In this document: piece by piece, positions 9,773 through 19,182 of the stretch
How the letters are laid out: each line of letters opens with the position of its first letter
How positions within the stretch are numbered: the first letter of the stretch is position 1
Source: Bacillota bacterium
Lineage (GTDB): Bacteria; Bacillota_I; Bacilli_A; Erysipelotrichales; Erysipelotrichaceae
Reading direction: 5' to 3'
DNA length: 48,039 nt
Assembly: GCA_029097145.1 (NCBI GenBank)
Contig: JAQXNC010000048.1
Location: forward strand, 1-48,039
Translations under genes and position numbers: made by a program
The notes under the pieces: model-generated
Database searches by the model: none
What the model saw: the letters and a program-made list of their open reading frames with translations, nothing else
What the model was told of the DNA's origin: nothing

Positions 9773-12496
9773 ATGAAAAAAATATTATTATTTATATGTA
9801 TATTAATGTTAAATCTTAGTTTCACAATGGCTGAAGAGAAGGATTTAAGATACCAGGAAAGCAATTTATGGAGTCTGGAATATCTTAACCGATATGTTGA
9901 TGAAAGCTTCTCAAACATTGCAAAAGTTCATTATAAAGAAAATGGAGAAGTAGCATTCTGTATTGACCCAGAAGTCATGATGAAACCTAATTCAGATTAT
10001 TATGTCAGTTCAAGCAGTAGTTTACCAACCAATATTGCCAAAATAATTAAGGCATATAAAGATTCTGATAGAAGCGATGATTTATATATTGCTGCACAAC
10101 TATTAATATGGAACGAACTTGGCATCTATAAAACGGTTGAATCAAAAAATGCTTATGATTTTGGGGCGTCTACTCTAATCGATAAAATGAATCAGATGTC
10201 AAAATGTCATCGACCTTCTATATCTATAACAGAAACACCACATATTAATGAGACAGTATATTTGCAAGATGAGAATAATATACTGTCAAAAGGTTACTAT
10301 ATTGAATCATTTAGTAATGGTCTAGAAGATGTAATGTTAAATGGTAACGAATTAATATTTAAGATCAGTAATATTTACCCTGTAAATAAAGAAATAGTAC
10401 TAAAGCCAGGTAATAATTTAAACAATATCTTGAGTGAAGACTTTACAGTTTATCTTGCGACAGGTTCACAAAGTCTAGTTTCCTATAAAGGCAATATTAA
10501 TGACAGTTTTGAAGGATTAAAGATAAATTTTAAACATAAAACAGGTAATTTAATAATCAGAAAACTTGATGAATTCTATGAACTTACTAATGATGAAACT
10601 ACATTCAGAATTTATATGATAGATGATCAAGGTAATATAATTGATGAAATAGTGAAAGAAGATGGAAGTTATTTCAAGACAGATGATGGAATTTTAGAGA
10701 TTAAAGAGATATTACCAGTAGGTAAATATCTGATTGAGGAATTCAAAACTTCTTATAAGTACATTAATAGAGGTGATTCATTCATCGTTGACTTAAAGGA
10801 AAATGATACAATTACTGTTGATTTTATAAATGAGAATCGTAATCTTACGCTTGAATTATTAAAAAAGGATAATGAATTAGATTATTGTATAAATGACACG
10901 ATTTTTAGTTTATATGACATAAGTGAAAATTTGGATTTAAGTGAGAATAATATAATCTTTGGAACTAAAGAACAGGTTATTAATGATATTTGTTTAAATG
11001 AAAAAGAAGCAGATTATTATAAAACAAGTAGTCTATATTTAATAAAAAAGGATATTGAACAGGATCTTGATAATATTTTTAGCTTAGCTGATAATCAGAA
11101 ACTAATTGACAAAAATAACGTATTCTATCATGATTTATATACTTTTGAAGATAACGGCTATATTCAGCTGGATTTAATTGAAGAAACTGAAATACCTTTT
11201 GAATCAGAGATAGAGTATTTTAAAGGCAATATTTTATATGATAAACCATATAATGAGATTAATATTAAAGATTGTGATGGTAATAATATAAAATCAGAAA
11301 TTTTTGATATTAATTTTGAATCAGAGCAAACATATAATTTAAGATACACTTTTGATTACGATGATAATAAGTTCTATATGATTATCAAAGGCTATTTAGA
11401 TAACGAAGTTATTAACGACAGTAAGCCACTGTATTATAAATATATTGACACATACGAGACATATATAATTAATAATGATAATGGTATATTTGATGATGAT
11501 TTTAGTAAAATTTCATCATTAAAAATGGCATTATTTAAAACCGGTAATAGTAATATCCAGATAGTTAATCCAGATAAGCATTATTATCCAATACCAAATA
11601 CTGAAATTGTACTATATGAAGATGAAGACTTAAATAATGAAATTGATCGTGTTTATACTGATGAGATGGGATATATAAATACCGAATACGAATATGAAAC
11701 AATGTATTATAAGATAGATAATAAAATCATGTCCATCAACAATATTTCTAAAGATGGTTATATTAATTATCCTTATCTTAAACAAGATCGTAAATATCTG
11801 TTATGCGAAGATATCCCGAATAATGTATATAAATACGGTGATACAGATGTATGTCATCTGATAGATACTTATACTGCTAATGAAGATATAACTACAATCA
11901 CAAAAGAAATTACTAATGAAGTTAGAAATATTAACATAGAACTTTATAAGACGAATCCTAATAAAAAGATTCGTCTAGATGGAGCTATATTTGACATCTA
12001 TTTAAATAGAACTCGTAATAATGACATAATAATTCAAGATAACGATGATAATACTGAAGATAATAGATTTATAGGTAGATTCGAAACAGGAGCATTAAAT
12101 ATTAATTATAATGATTTTGATATCAAAGATTGCAATTATCAGATAGAAATATACAAAGATAAAGAATATCTGCATCTATTAAGAGTTCTCACATATCATA
12201 AAGAAGATATAATAATTAATGATCTTGAAGAAGACACTTACTATATAGTTGTTCGTAATATAGAAAATAATGAGATTGTCAAAGAAATTGAAAGAGATGT
12301 ATCAAAAGGTAAAATATTCATAGATAATATACCGATGAATTGTGAAGTGATAATAAAAGAAATAAAAGCTCCGAAATCATATTATTTCATAGATAATGTG
12401 GAGAAGATAAAATTGAGCGAATATGAAATTCAATATAAACTTCCTTATAATCGTATCAATCATATGATTATAATTAATACAAAATGTTATGAATAA
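9773..12496 (+). CDS. Large secreted surface-type protein: signal peptide, possible thioester-type N-terminal domain, several SpaA/Cna-B-like prealbumin-fold repeats; no LPXTG
   Basis: AGGAGGG RBS. Signal peptide MKKILLFICILMLNLSFTMA|EE. FCIDP (Cys63, 9959-9961) and AAQLLIW (Gln109, 10097-10099) resemble the thioester-domain [YF]C and TQxA[IV]W motifs. Repeats carry GNLIIRKLDE, LTLELLKKDNE, INIELYKTNPNKKIRLDGAIFDIY and IIKEIKAPKSYYF, similar to SpaA-like domain signatures. The C-terminus (...IINTKCYE) has no sorting signal or TM helix. Confidence 0.6.
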   Translation: MKKILLFICILMLNLSFTMAEEKDLRYQESNLWSLEYLNRYVDESFSNIAKVHYKENGEVAFCIDPEVMMKPNSDYYVSSSSSLPTNIAKIIKAYKDSDRSDDLYIAAQLLIWNELGIYKTVESKNAYDFGASTLIDKMNQMSKCHRPSISITETPHINETVYLQDENNILSKGYYIESFSNGLEDVMLNGNELIFKISNIYPVNKEIVLKPGNNLNNILSEDFTVYLATGSQSLVSYKGNINDSFEGLKINFKHKTGNLIIRKLDEFYELTNDETTFRIYMIDDQGNIIDEIVKEDGSYFKTDDGILEIKEILPVGKYLIEEFKTSYKYINRGDSFIVDLKENDTITVDFINENRNLTLELLKKDNELDYCINDTIFSLYDISENLDLSENNIIFGTKEQVINDICLNEKEADYYKTSSLYLIKKDIEQDLDNIFSLADNQKLIDKNNVFYHDLYTFEDNGYIQLDLIEETEIPFESEIEYFKGNILYDKPYNEINIKDCDGNNIKSEIFDINFESEQTYNLRYTFDYDDNKFYMIIKGYLDNEVINDSKPLYYKYIDTYETYIINNDNGIFDDDFSKISSLKMALFKTGNSNIQIVNPDKHYYPIPNTEIVLYEDEDLNNEIDRVYTDEMGYINTEYEYETMYYKIDNKIMSINNISKDGYINYPYLKQDRKYLLCEDIPNNVYKYGDTDVCHLIDTYTANEDITTITKEITNEVRNINIELYKTNPNKKIRLDGAIFDIYLNRTRNNDIIIQDNDDNTEDNRFIGRFETGALNINYNDFDIKDCNYQIEIYKDKEYLHLLRVLTYHKEDIIINDLEEDTYYIVVRNIENNEIVKEIERDVSKGKIFIDNIPMNCEVIIKEIKAPKSYYFIDNVEKIKLSEYEIQYKLPYNRINHMIIINTKCYE

Positions 12497-12959
12497 GATA
12501 ATATCATTTATAATTGTGATAATTCTCTATGTATCTATATTTATAATAGATATCGATACAATTGATCGAAATGAAGTATATGAGTTTAAAATAGACATTA
12601 AGGGTGCTGTAGAAAACAAGGGTATATATACATTCAAGGAAGGTGATACGATTATTGATGCGCTCGAAGAATGTATTGTGAGTAAAGATGCAGATTTATC
12701 CGGTATTAACATGTCACAAAAGCTTTATCCTGAAATGGTTTTGGTTATACCGTATTATCATGGCGAGAATCTAATATCTATTAATTCTGCGAATTTAGAA
12801 GATTTAATAAAGCTCCCAGGTATTAAAGATGGTCTCGCTAAAAGAATTATTGATTATCGTAATAATATAGGTGGATTTAAGGAACTAGAGGAAATAAAGA
12901 ATGTCAGTGGAATAGGAGATAAGACTTTTGAAAAGATCCTTCCATATATATGCCTATGA
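12489..12959 (+). CDS. comEA: Competence protein ComEA (membrane-anchored DNA receptor, SLBB + helix-hairpin-helix)
   Basis: N-terminal TM helix. C-terminal HhH pair LEDLIKLPGIKDGLAKRIIDYR...IKNVSGIGDKTFEKI. The ATG overlaps the upstream stop by 8 nt and has no SD of its own. Confidence 0.85.
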   Translation: MNKIISFIIVIILYVSIFIIDIDTIDRNEVYEFKIDIKGAVENKGIYTFKEGDTIIDALEECIVSKDADLSGINMSQKLYPEMVLVIPYYHGENLISINSANLEDLIKLPGIKDGLAKRIIDYRNNIGGFKELEEIKNVSGIGDKTFEKILPYICL

Positions 12960-14757
12960 AGAATCTATTTTTACTGTTATTCTGTTTACGGTGATAATTT
13001 TATACCTCAGAAGTCCTATATTTCTTATGATTGCTTGCGTTTATATATACAAACGCTATTCATATAAAGAAACTATATGTTTATTATTAATTATTTTAAT
13101 GATACTTATTCGCTTATTAATCAATACTTTAGAGTTTAATTATTATTATATTAATACATCGAATGATGAAACTTTTGAAGCTACAAGCATCATCAACAAG
13201 ATAAAACTGAATAATATTGAAGGATATCAAAGTGGTGATGTGATTGTGGTAAGAGGGAATCGTTATGTAAATGAATCACGTGATTTAAAAGCCAGCAATA
13301 GGTACTACAGTTATAATAATTATGAGATTCTAAGAATATTCCATTTACCAAATTTTAGAAATTTGTTGTTTAATATGAACAAAAGCAATTCAAATGAATA
13401 TTCCAGCACTACAATTAACAATCTTCTTTTCAACACTTACGATAATCCTGATTTGGATTTAAGCTTATCATTGTTATTTTTATATAAAATACTTAATAAA
13501 ATATTTTCTAGATTTAAACTTCGTCATATTATCAGTTCTATACTAATTGTTTTAATGTTCGGTTTATCATATAGTCTTATAAGAATTATGTTATATGAGT
13601 TAGCTTTGAACAAAACCGATTCAAAGAAGATTGCAATATCATTTACTGCCATATCATTGGTGTTAGTTAATCCTTATTCTATCTATAACTACAGTTTTAT
13701 AATCCCGATGTTGATTAGAGTTATATACCTCTTCAAAACGAATGATAGTTTCTTTAATATTATGATAATTATTCAATCGCTGTTTTTTAACGAGGCTAAA
13801 CCACTGCAGATAATCCTATTTAAATATTATCTCATGATTGTTTATGGACTTTTGTCTATTAGTGTCATAAGCCTTTGGATAACACAGCTAGATATTTTAG
13901 TAAACCTGTTCTATTTAATAACTGTCAACCTAAAGAATATTATAGATATTTCAATCAGAGGTAAGCTAAATGCTGTTATATTAATAATATATTTATTTTT
14001 CAGATATTTCTTTAAGAATAATTATATTAAAACTGCATTTCTGATTAGTATTCTTATGTTTAATTTATCAAATATAGCAGGTACAGTTACTTTTATAGAT
14101 GTAGGTCAGGGTGATTCAATATTAATCAGAGCACCGTTTAATATTTTCAATATACTAATAGATACCGGAAGTAAATACGCATATTATAAGTTAGATCAAA
14201 CGCTTAAGGCATATGGAATAAATGATATAGATGTGCTCATTATTACTCATGAAGATTCAGATCATAGCGGTAATATAGAAAACCTTAATCGAGATTTTTG
14301 CATAGACAAGATAATAAAAAATCATGAAGATTTCTCAAATGAATTCTTTTATCTTAAAAGTCTTAATAATAATATTCATGATAATGATAATGATAATTCG
14401 CTCGTTTTCTTTATGCGATATCATGATTTATCTTTTTTATTCACAGGTGACATTTCAAAAAAGACCGAAATGGAAATAATCAGAAAAGAACCTGTATCCG
14501 TAGATGTATTAAAAGTGTCGCACCATGGATCTAAAACTGGTACTTCTTTAGATCTTTTAAAAACAATCAATCCAAAAATAGCTGTTATTTCTACGAGTGG
14601 AATGTATAACCATCCACATCCTGAAGTAATAGATTTACTCAATCTATGCAATATTGAAATTCTTTCTACCAGGGAAAAAGGTAATATATCATTTTATTTC
14701 ACCAATATTATTGATTTTATTAAATGTAGTGATGGTGAATTTGTTATAATAAGGTGA
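12928..14757 (+). CDS. comEC: DNA internalization channel ComEC/Rec2 with C-terminal metallo-beta-lactamase domain
   Basis: Polytopic membrane core, then an MBL domain (FIDVGQGDS, HEDSDHSGN, KVSHHGS). The start is uncertain: the track start is a TTG overlapping comEA, and the next in-frame Met is 34 codons downstream. Confidence 0.85.
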   Translation: MKRSFHIYAYEESIFTVILFTVIILYLRSPIFLMIACVYIYKRYSYKETICLLLIILMILIRLLINTLEFNYYYINTSNDETFEATSIINKIKLNNIEGYQSGDVIVVRGNRYVNESRDLKASNRYYSYNNYEILRIFHLPNFRNLLFNMNKSNSNEYSSTTINNLLFNTYDNPDLDLSLSLLFLYKILNKIFSRFKLRHIISSILIVLMFGLSYSLIRIMLYELALNKTDSKKIAISFTAISLVLVNPYSIYNYSFIIPMLIRVIYLFKTNDSFFNIMIIIQSLFFNEAKPLQIILFKYYLMIVYGLLSISVISLWITQLDILVNLFYLITVNLKNIIDISIRGKLNAVILIIYLFFRYFFKNNYIKTAFLISILMFNLSNIAGTVTFIDVGQGDSILIRAPFNIFNILIDTGSKYAYYKLDQTLKAYGINDIDVLIITHEDSDHSGNIENLNRDFCIDKIIKNHEDFSNEFFYLKSLNNNIHDNDNDNSLVFFMRYHDLSFLFTGDISKKTEMEIIRKEPVSVDVLKVSHHGSKTGTSLDLLKTINPKIAVISTSGMYNHPHPEVIDLLNLCNIEILSTREKGNISFYFTNIIDFIKCSDGEFVIIR

Positions 14758-15755
14758 TGATTTATTTAATTAAAGGTAATGATAGCTTTCATATTGATAA
14801 AAAAATTAACGAGATAATAACAAAGACTAAAACTAACGATTTTGATATTCATCGTTATGATGGTAAATCACGTGGGTTCAGTCTTCAGGAACTGGTCGAT
14901 GATTTGATGACTATTCCGTTTTTTAGTGGAACAAAAGTAGTATTATATAAGAATCCTGCCTTTATATTAAATGATAAAAATAATAACGAGACAGTTGAGG
15001 ATAATTCTAATAATACGCAGGAAGATGATTATGCACCATTCTTGAATTATATAAAAAACCCGGTTTTTGAAACAGATTTAGTCATTTACTCTTATGAATA
15101 TTCTTTCAAAACAAATACAAAAGTATATAAAGAGATAATTAAAAACGCTAATGTATTTGATTATCAGTTGCCAAAACCAAATGACTTTAGAACTGAAGCA
15201 ATTAATATAATCAATAAATCAAAATTAGTCATAGAAAATGATGCGCGTGAACAATTAATAATTAACTCGAATAATGATTACAAAGTTTTATTTGACAATA
15301 TAGAAAAATTATTACTATATGGTGAAAAAATTGATAAAGATGCTGTAAGTAACTTAACCGATCCTTATATCGAAGAACAGATTTTCAGCTTAACTAACGC
15401 TATTTTTGATAAGGATTACACTAAGACTTTTAGGATATTAAATGATTTTTATACTTTAAACTATTCTACTTTTTATTTAATAGCTATGTTGGCTTCACAG
15501 TTAAGATATCTTATACAGATAGCTTATTATAGTTCAGCGCATTACTCACTCGATGATATTAAACGTCTTACAAAAACCGATAAGGAATATCGTATTAAAA
15601 AGACGCTTGAAATAGTCAGAAGATTTAATGGTGTAGATTTTCTTAAATATCTAAATGAATTATCTAAATTAGATATCAGTTTAAAATCTAATACTGACCT
15701 TGATGAAAAAATAAGATTTGAATTGTTTCTTGTTTATATGATGGAAGGAAAATGA
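14754..15755 (+). CDS. holA: DNA polymerase III delta subunit
   Basis: 333 aa. Position immediately after comEC as in Bacillus. Delta-like N-terminus (IYLIKGND...) and C-terminal helical domain. The start is GTG 14754 or ATG 14757, overlapping the comEC stop. Confidence 0.75.
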   Translation: MMIYLIKGNDSFHIDKKINEIITKTKTNDFDIHRYDGKSRGFSLQELVDDLMTIPFFSGTKVVLYKNPAFILNDKNNNETVEDNSNNTQEDDYAPFLNYIKNPVFETDLVIYSYEYSFKTNTKVYKEIIKNANVFDYQLPKPNDFRTEAINIINKSKLVIENDAREQLIINSNNDYKVLFDNIEKLLLYGEKIDKDAVSNLTDPYIEEQIFSLTNAIFDKDYTKTFRILNDFYTLNYSTFYLIAMLASQLRYLIQIAYYSSAHYSLDDIKRLTKTDKEYRIKKTLEIVRRFNGVDFLKYLNELSKLDISLKSNTDLDEKIRFELFLVYMMEGK

Positions 15756-15756
15756 T

Positions 15757-16950
15757 ATGCAGGCAATTAAAGATATTTACAGGATTGGTAATGGTCCGAG
15801 TTCATCACATACTATTGCACCTAAAAGGGCTGCTGAGCTTTTTGTAAAAGAATATGGATTATTAGATCATTATATAATTGAATTATATGGTTCTTTATCT
15901 CTTACTGGTAAAGGGCATAAAACAGATGAAATAATTAATAAAGTTTTAGACAATCGTTGTTCATTTGTTTTTGATCATGAATTTGATGAAGAAAGAAATA
16001 TCATGATATTTAATGGTTATAATGAAAATGATGAATTAGTTGCTAAGTGGCATGTAGAATCTCTTGGTGGTGGAGCGATACGTATAGATGAATACGAAAC
16101 CGATGATGAAAAAGAAATATATAATGAAAATAGTTTTGATGAAATTAAATTATATATATCAGAGAATCAGTTATCACTTATTGATTATATAAAAATGCAC
16201 GAGAATGACATCATTGACTATCTTGAAAATGTCATTGATGCAATGGTTAAATCTGTTGATAATGGTCTTGAATCTGAAGGGATTATCTCGGAAAAATTAA
16301 ATGTTTATCGTAGTGCTAAAGAGATACTTATTGAAGGTATTATGGCTAATGATAACGACCTTAAATTAATGTCGTATGCATATGCCGCTGGAGAAGAGAA
16401 TGCCATGGGTCATGTGGTAGTTACAGCACCTACTCTTGGCTCTTGTGGAATCATCGCAAGTGTCGTATATCATTCTCTTAAAAACCTTCAATATCCAAAA
16501 GAAAAAATTGCAGAAGCATTAGCTGTAGGTGGGTTGTTTGGAAACATTATTAAGCATAATGCAACTATATCAGGAGCTTTAGGTGGATGTCAGGCTGAAG
16601 TAGGAACGGCATGTTCAATGGCTAGCGCTATGATTGCTTACCTTGATGATGCCAATATAAAAACGATTGAATACGCTGCTGAAATAGGCATAGAACATCA
16701 CCTTGGATTAACATGTGATCCTGTATATGGCCTTGTGATTATTCCTTGTATCGAAAGAAATGCAATGGCTGTTTTAAGGAGTTACGATGCATATAAACTG
16801 AGTAAATATAAACTGCGTGTAAAAGATCATCTTGTAACTTTTGATATGGTTGTCAGTTCAATGAGATATACAGGCAAAAAAATATCTCCAGAACTAAAAG
16901 AAACTGGAAAAGGCGGACTTGCACTGGAGTTTAACAATGAAAAAGATTGA
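15757..16950 (+). CDS. sdaA: L-serine ammonia-lyase (iron-sulfur type), single-chain beta+alpha form
   Basis: IGNGPSSSHT N-terminus. Alpha-domain Cys motifs LGSCG, GGCQAEVGTACSMA and LTCDPV. 397 aa. Confidence 0.85.
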   Translation: MQAIKDIYRIGNGPSSSHTIAPKRAAELFVKEYGLLDHYIIELYGSLSLTGKGHKTDEIINKVLDNRCSFVFDHEFDEERNIMIFNGYNENDELVAKWHVESLGGGAIRIDEYETDDEKEIYNENSFDEIKLYISENQLSLIDYIKMHENDIIDYLENVIDAMVKSVDNGLESEGIISEKLNVYRSAKEILIEGIMANDNDLKLMSYAYAAGEENAMGHVVVTAPTLGSCGIIASVVYHSLKNLQYPKEKIAEALAVGGLFGNIIKHNATISGALGGCQAEVGTACSMASAMIAYLDDANIKTIEYAAEIGIEHHLGLTCDPVYGLVIIPCIERNAMAVLRSYDAYKLSKYKLRVKDHLVTFDMVVSSMRYTGKKISPELKETGKGGLALEFNNEKD

Positions 16951-19138
16951 GCTACTGGTACCAGCTGGAAATTTTGAAGCTTTTAGGGCAGCTGTTTTTA
17001 ATGGCGCTGATGCGGTTTACATTGGTGGTAAGAACTTTGGTGCCCGTGCTTTCGCTAATAATTTTGATCACGAAGAATTAATTCAAGCTGTCAAACTTGC
17101 TCATCTATATGGTGTAAAAGTATATGTAACAATGAACACCATGCTATATGAAGATGAAATAGAACCTGCCCTTAAAGAAGCTTTGTTTCTTCATACAATT
17201 GGAGTCGATGCCTTGATTGTTCAAGATCTTGGTTTTACTTATGAATGTCTTAAAAGATATCCAAATTTAGAACTACATGCATCTACACAAATGCATGTTC
17301 ATAATCTTGAAGGTGCTGTTAATATTGTTGAGTGTGGTCTATCTAGAGTTGTAGTTGCAAGAGAAACACCACTTGATATCGTTAAATCGATAACCAGAAA
17401 AGGTATTGATGTAGAAATATTTGCCCATGGTGCACTCTGTATTTCATATAGCGGTCAATGTCTAATGTCCAGTGTATTATTTAATCGTTCTGGAAATAGA
17501 GGTACATGTGCTCAATGTTGTCGATTACAGTACAAACTTCATAACGATGATAATAACTGCGATGTTAAGTTAGAGGATAAATATCTCCTTAGTCCAAAAG
17601 ACTTAAATCTTCTTGACAGTATCCCTGAATTAATTGAATCTGGTGTATCTTCAATAAAAATCGAAGGTCGAATGAAACGTAAAGAATATGTTGGTCTTAT
17701 AACAAGATTATATCGTCAGGCAATCGATGCCTATTACGAAAAACATGAATTTAAAGTTACAGATCGGATGATTAATGATATGAAACTGTTATTTAACAGA
17801 GGTTTTACTCATGGTCATTTGTTTAGTGCAGATTCAAAAGATATCTATAACCAACATACACCAAATCATATTGGAATTCCCGTAGGTAAAACACTCTATT
17901 CATCAAAAAACCAAATTTTTATAAAACTTGATTCTGACATAAATCAAGGTGATGGTTTAAGAGTGAATACAGGTGATAAAGAAATTGGAATTATTGCTAA
18001 TAAAATATATAAAAATGATTTGCTGGTTAATAGTGCTAAAAGAGGGGATATAATCGCATTTGATATAAATGACAAGATTGCATCTGGTTTAGATGTGCTT
18101 AAAACAACCGATATAAAACTGAATAAAGAGATTAATGAGTATCCCATTTACCGTAAAGTGGGTGTAGATGTTACATATAAGGCTATTTCGAATGATAAAT
18201 TCTCAATAACAATCAGCGATGGTGTAAATACTGTATTTAAAGAAGGCGATATCATACTTGAAAAAGCCCAGAATAGGCCAACAAGTAAAGAGAGAATTGA
18301 GGAACAGATTACTAAAATTAATGACACTGCCTTTAAAATAAATACAATTAACGGTATAACGGATGATGTATTTATTCCGATTAAACATATCAACGAAATA
18401 AGACGCCAGGTTTTTGCTGAATTAGCAAATATTAGAGAAAATAATAAAAAAGAAGTAGTAATTTATCCTACTTCTATTCCTGATATAACCAATATTCCTG
18501 ATGAAAAAGTATTATTTACCGAAGTAAATTCTCAAGATATAGTTGATTTATTAAAGGATTATTCAGATAGAGTTATGATTGCTACTAGAGATTATGATCT
18601 TGCGATATCAAACGATATTTACTATATCAGTCCTAATATAAATGAAAATTCTTTATATAATAATTATAAAAAAACGGTTATATCTGAATGTGGTGGTTTA
18701 AAAATGGGTGGCATAGCTGGCTATAATTTAAATATCGCGAACAGTTACAGTGTCGAATTCCTTTATACAAAAGGTTTTAAAAAAATACTATTAAGCTCAG
18801 AATTAAATGAAATAGAAACAAAGAAACTAATGGATATGTTCTTTAAACGTCATAGCTTTTCACCGGATGTATATTCGTATGTCTATGGTAAAAGAGATCT
18901 TATGTATATCAAGAAATCCTTTATCTCAAAAGAACTTGGCGTTGATGAAAGATATAATTATTCTCTTGTTGATATTAAAGGTCGTAAATTCAAAATCGAT
19001 ATAAACAGGCAAGGTATTACACAAATCAAAGAGAACGATACCGTTATTAATAAAAACGATTATAATAGCAGATATTATTTTATTTTCAATGATATGGATA
19101 CAAATCAGGTAAAAAGTATTATATCTAAGTTTTTATAA
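16937..19138 (+). CDS. Peptidase U32 family protein (long form; TrhP/YrrN-YrrO-related)
   Basis: U32 signature EIFAHGALCISYSGQCLMS and SGNRGTCAQCCRLQY. About 330-aa C-terminal extension. I prefer ATG 16937 (MKKIELLVPAG), which overlaps the sdaA stop, over the track start at 16919. Confidence 0.85.
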   Translation: MKKIELLVPAGNFEAFRAAVFNGADAVYIGGKNFGARAFANNFDHEELIQAVKLAHLYGVKVYVTMNTMLYEDEIEPALKEALFLHTIGVDALIVQDLGFTYECLKRYPNLELHASTQMHVHNLEGAVNIVECGLSRVVVARETPLDIVKSITRKGIDVEIFAHGALCISYSGQCLMSSVLFNRSGNRGTCAQCCRLQYKLHNDDNNCDVKLEDKYLLSPKDLNLLDSIPELIESGVSSIKIEGRMKRKEYVGLITRLYRQAIDAYYEKHEFKVTDRMINDMKLLFNRGFTHGHLFSADSKDIYNQHTPNHIGIPVGKTLYSSKNQIFIKLDSDINQGDGLRVNTGDKEIGIIANKIYKNDLLVNSAKRGDIIAFDINDKIASGLDVLKTTDIKLNKEINEYPIYRKVGVDVTYKAISNDKFSITISDGVNTVFKEGDIILEKAQNRPTSKERIEEQITKINDTAFKINTINGITDDVFIPIKHINEIRRQVFAELANIRENNKKEVVIYPTSIPDITNIPDEKVLFTEVNSQDIVDLLKDYSDRVMIATRDYDLAISNDIYYISPNINENSLYNNYKKTVISECGGLKMGGIAGYNLNIANSYSVEFLYTKGFKKILLSSELNEIETKKLMDMFFKRHSFSPDVYSYVYGKRDLMYIKKSFISKELGVDERYNYSLVDIKGRKFKIDINRQGITQIKENDTVINKNDYNSRYYFIFNDMDTNQVKSIISKFL

Positions 19139-19182
19139 TCAGTATATTTTGTTATAATTATATGGTTATTAGGAGGAATCAG

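Noticed and set aside
12928-12959. 32-nt overlap of comEC (TTG start) with comEA, as a possible programmed overlap
   Set aside because: It is more likely an ORF-caller artefact. The true comEC start is uncertain and cannot be fixed from sequence alone.
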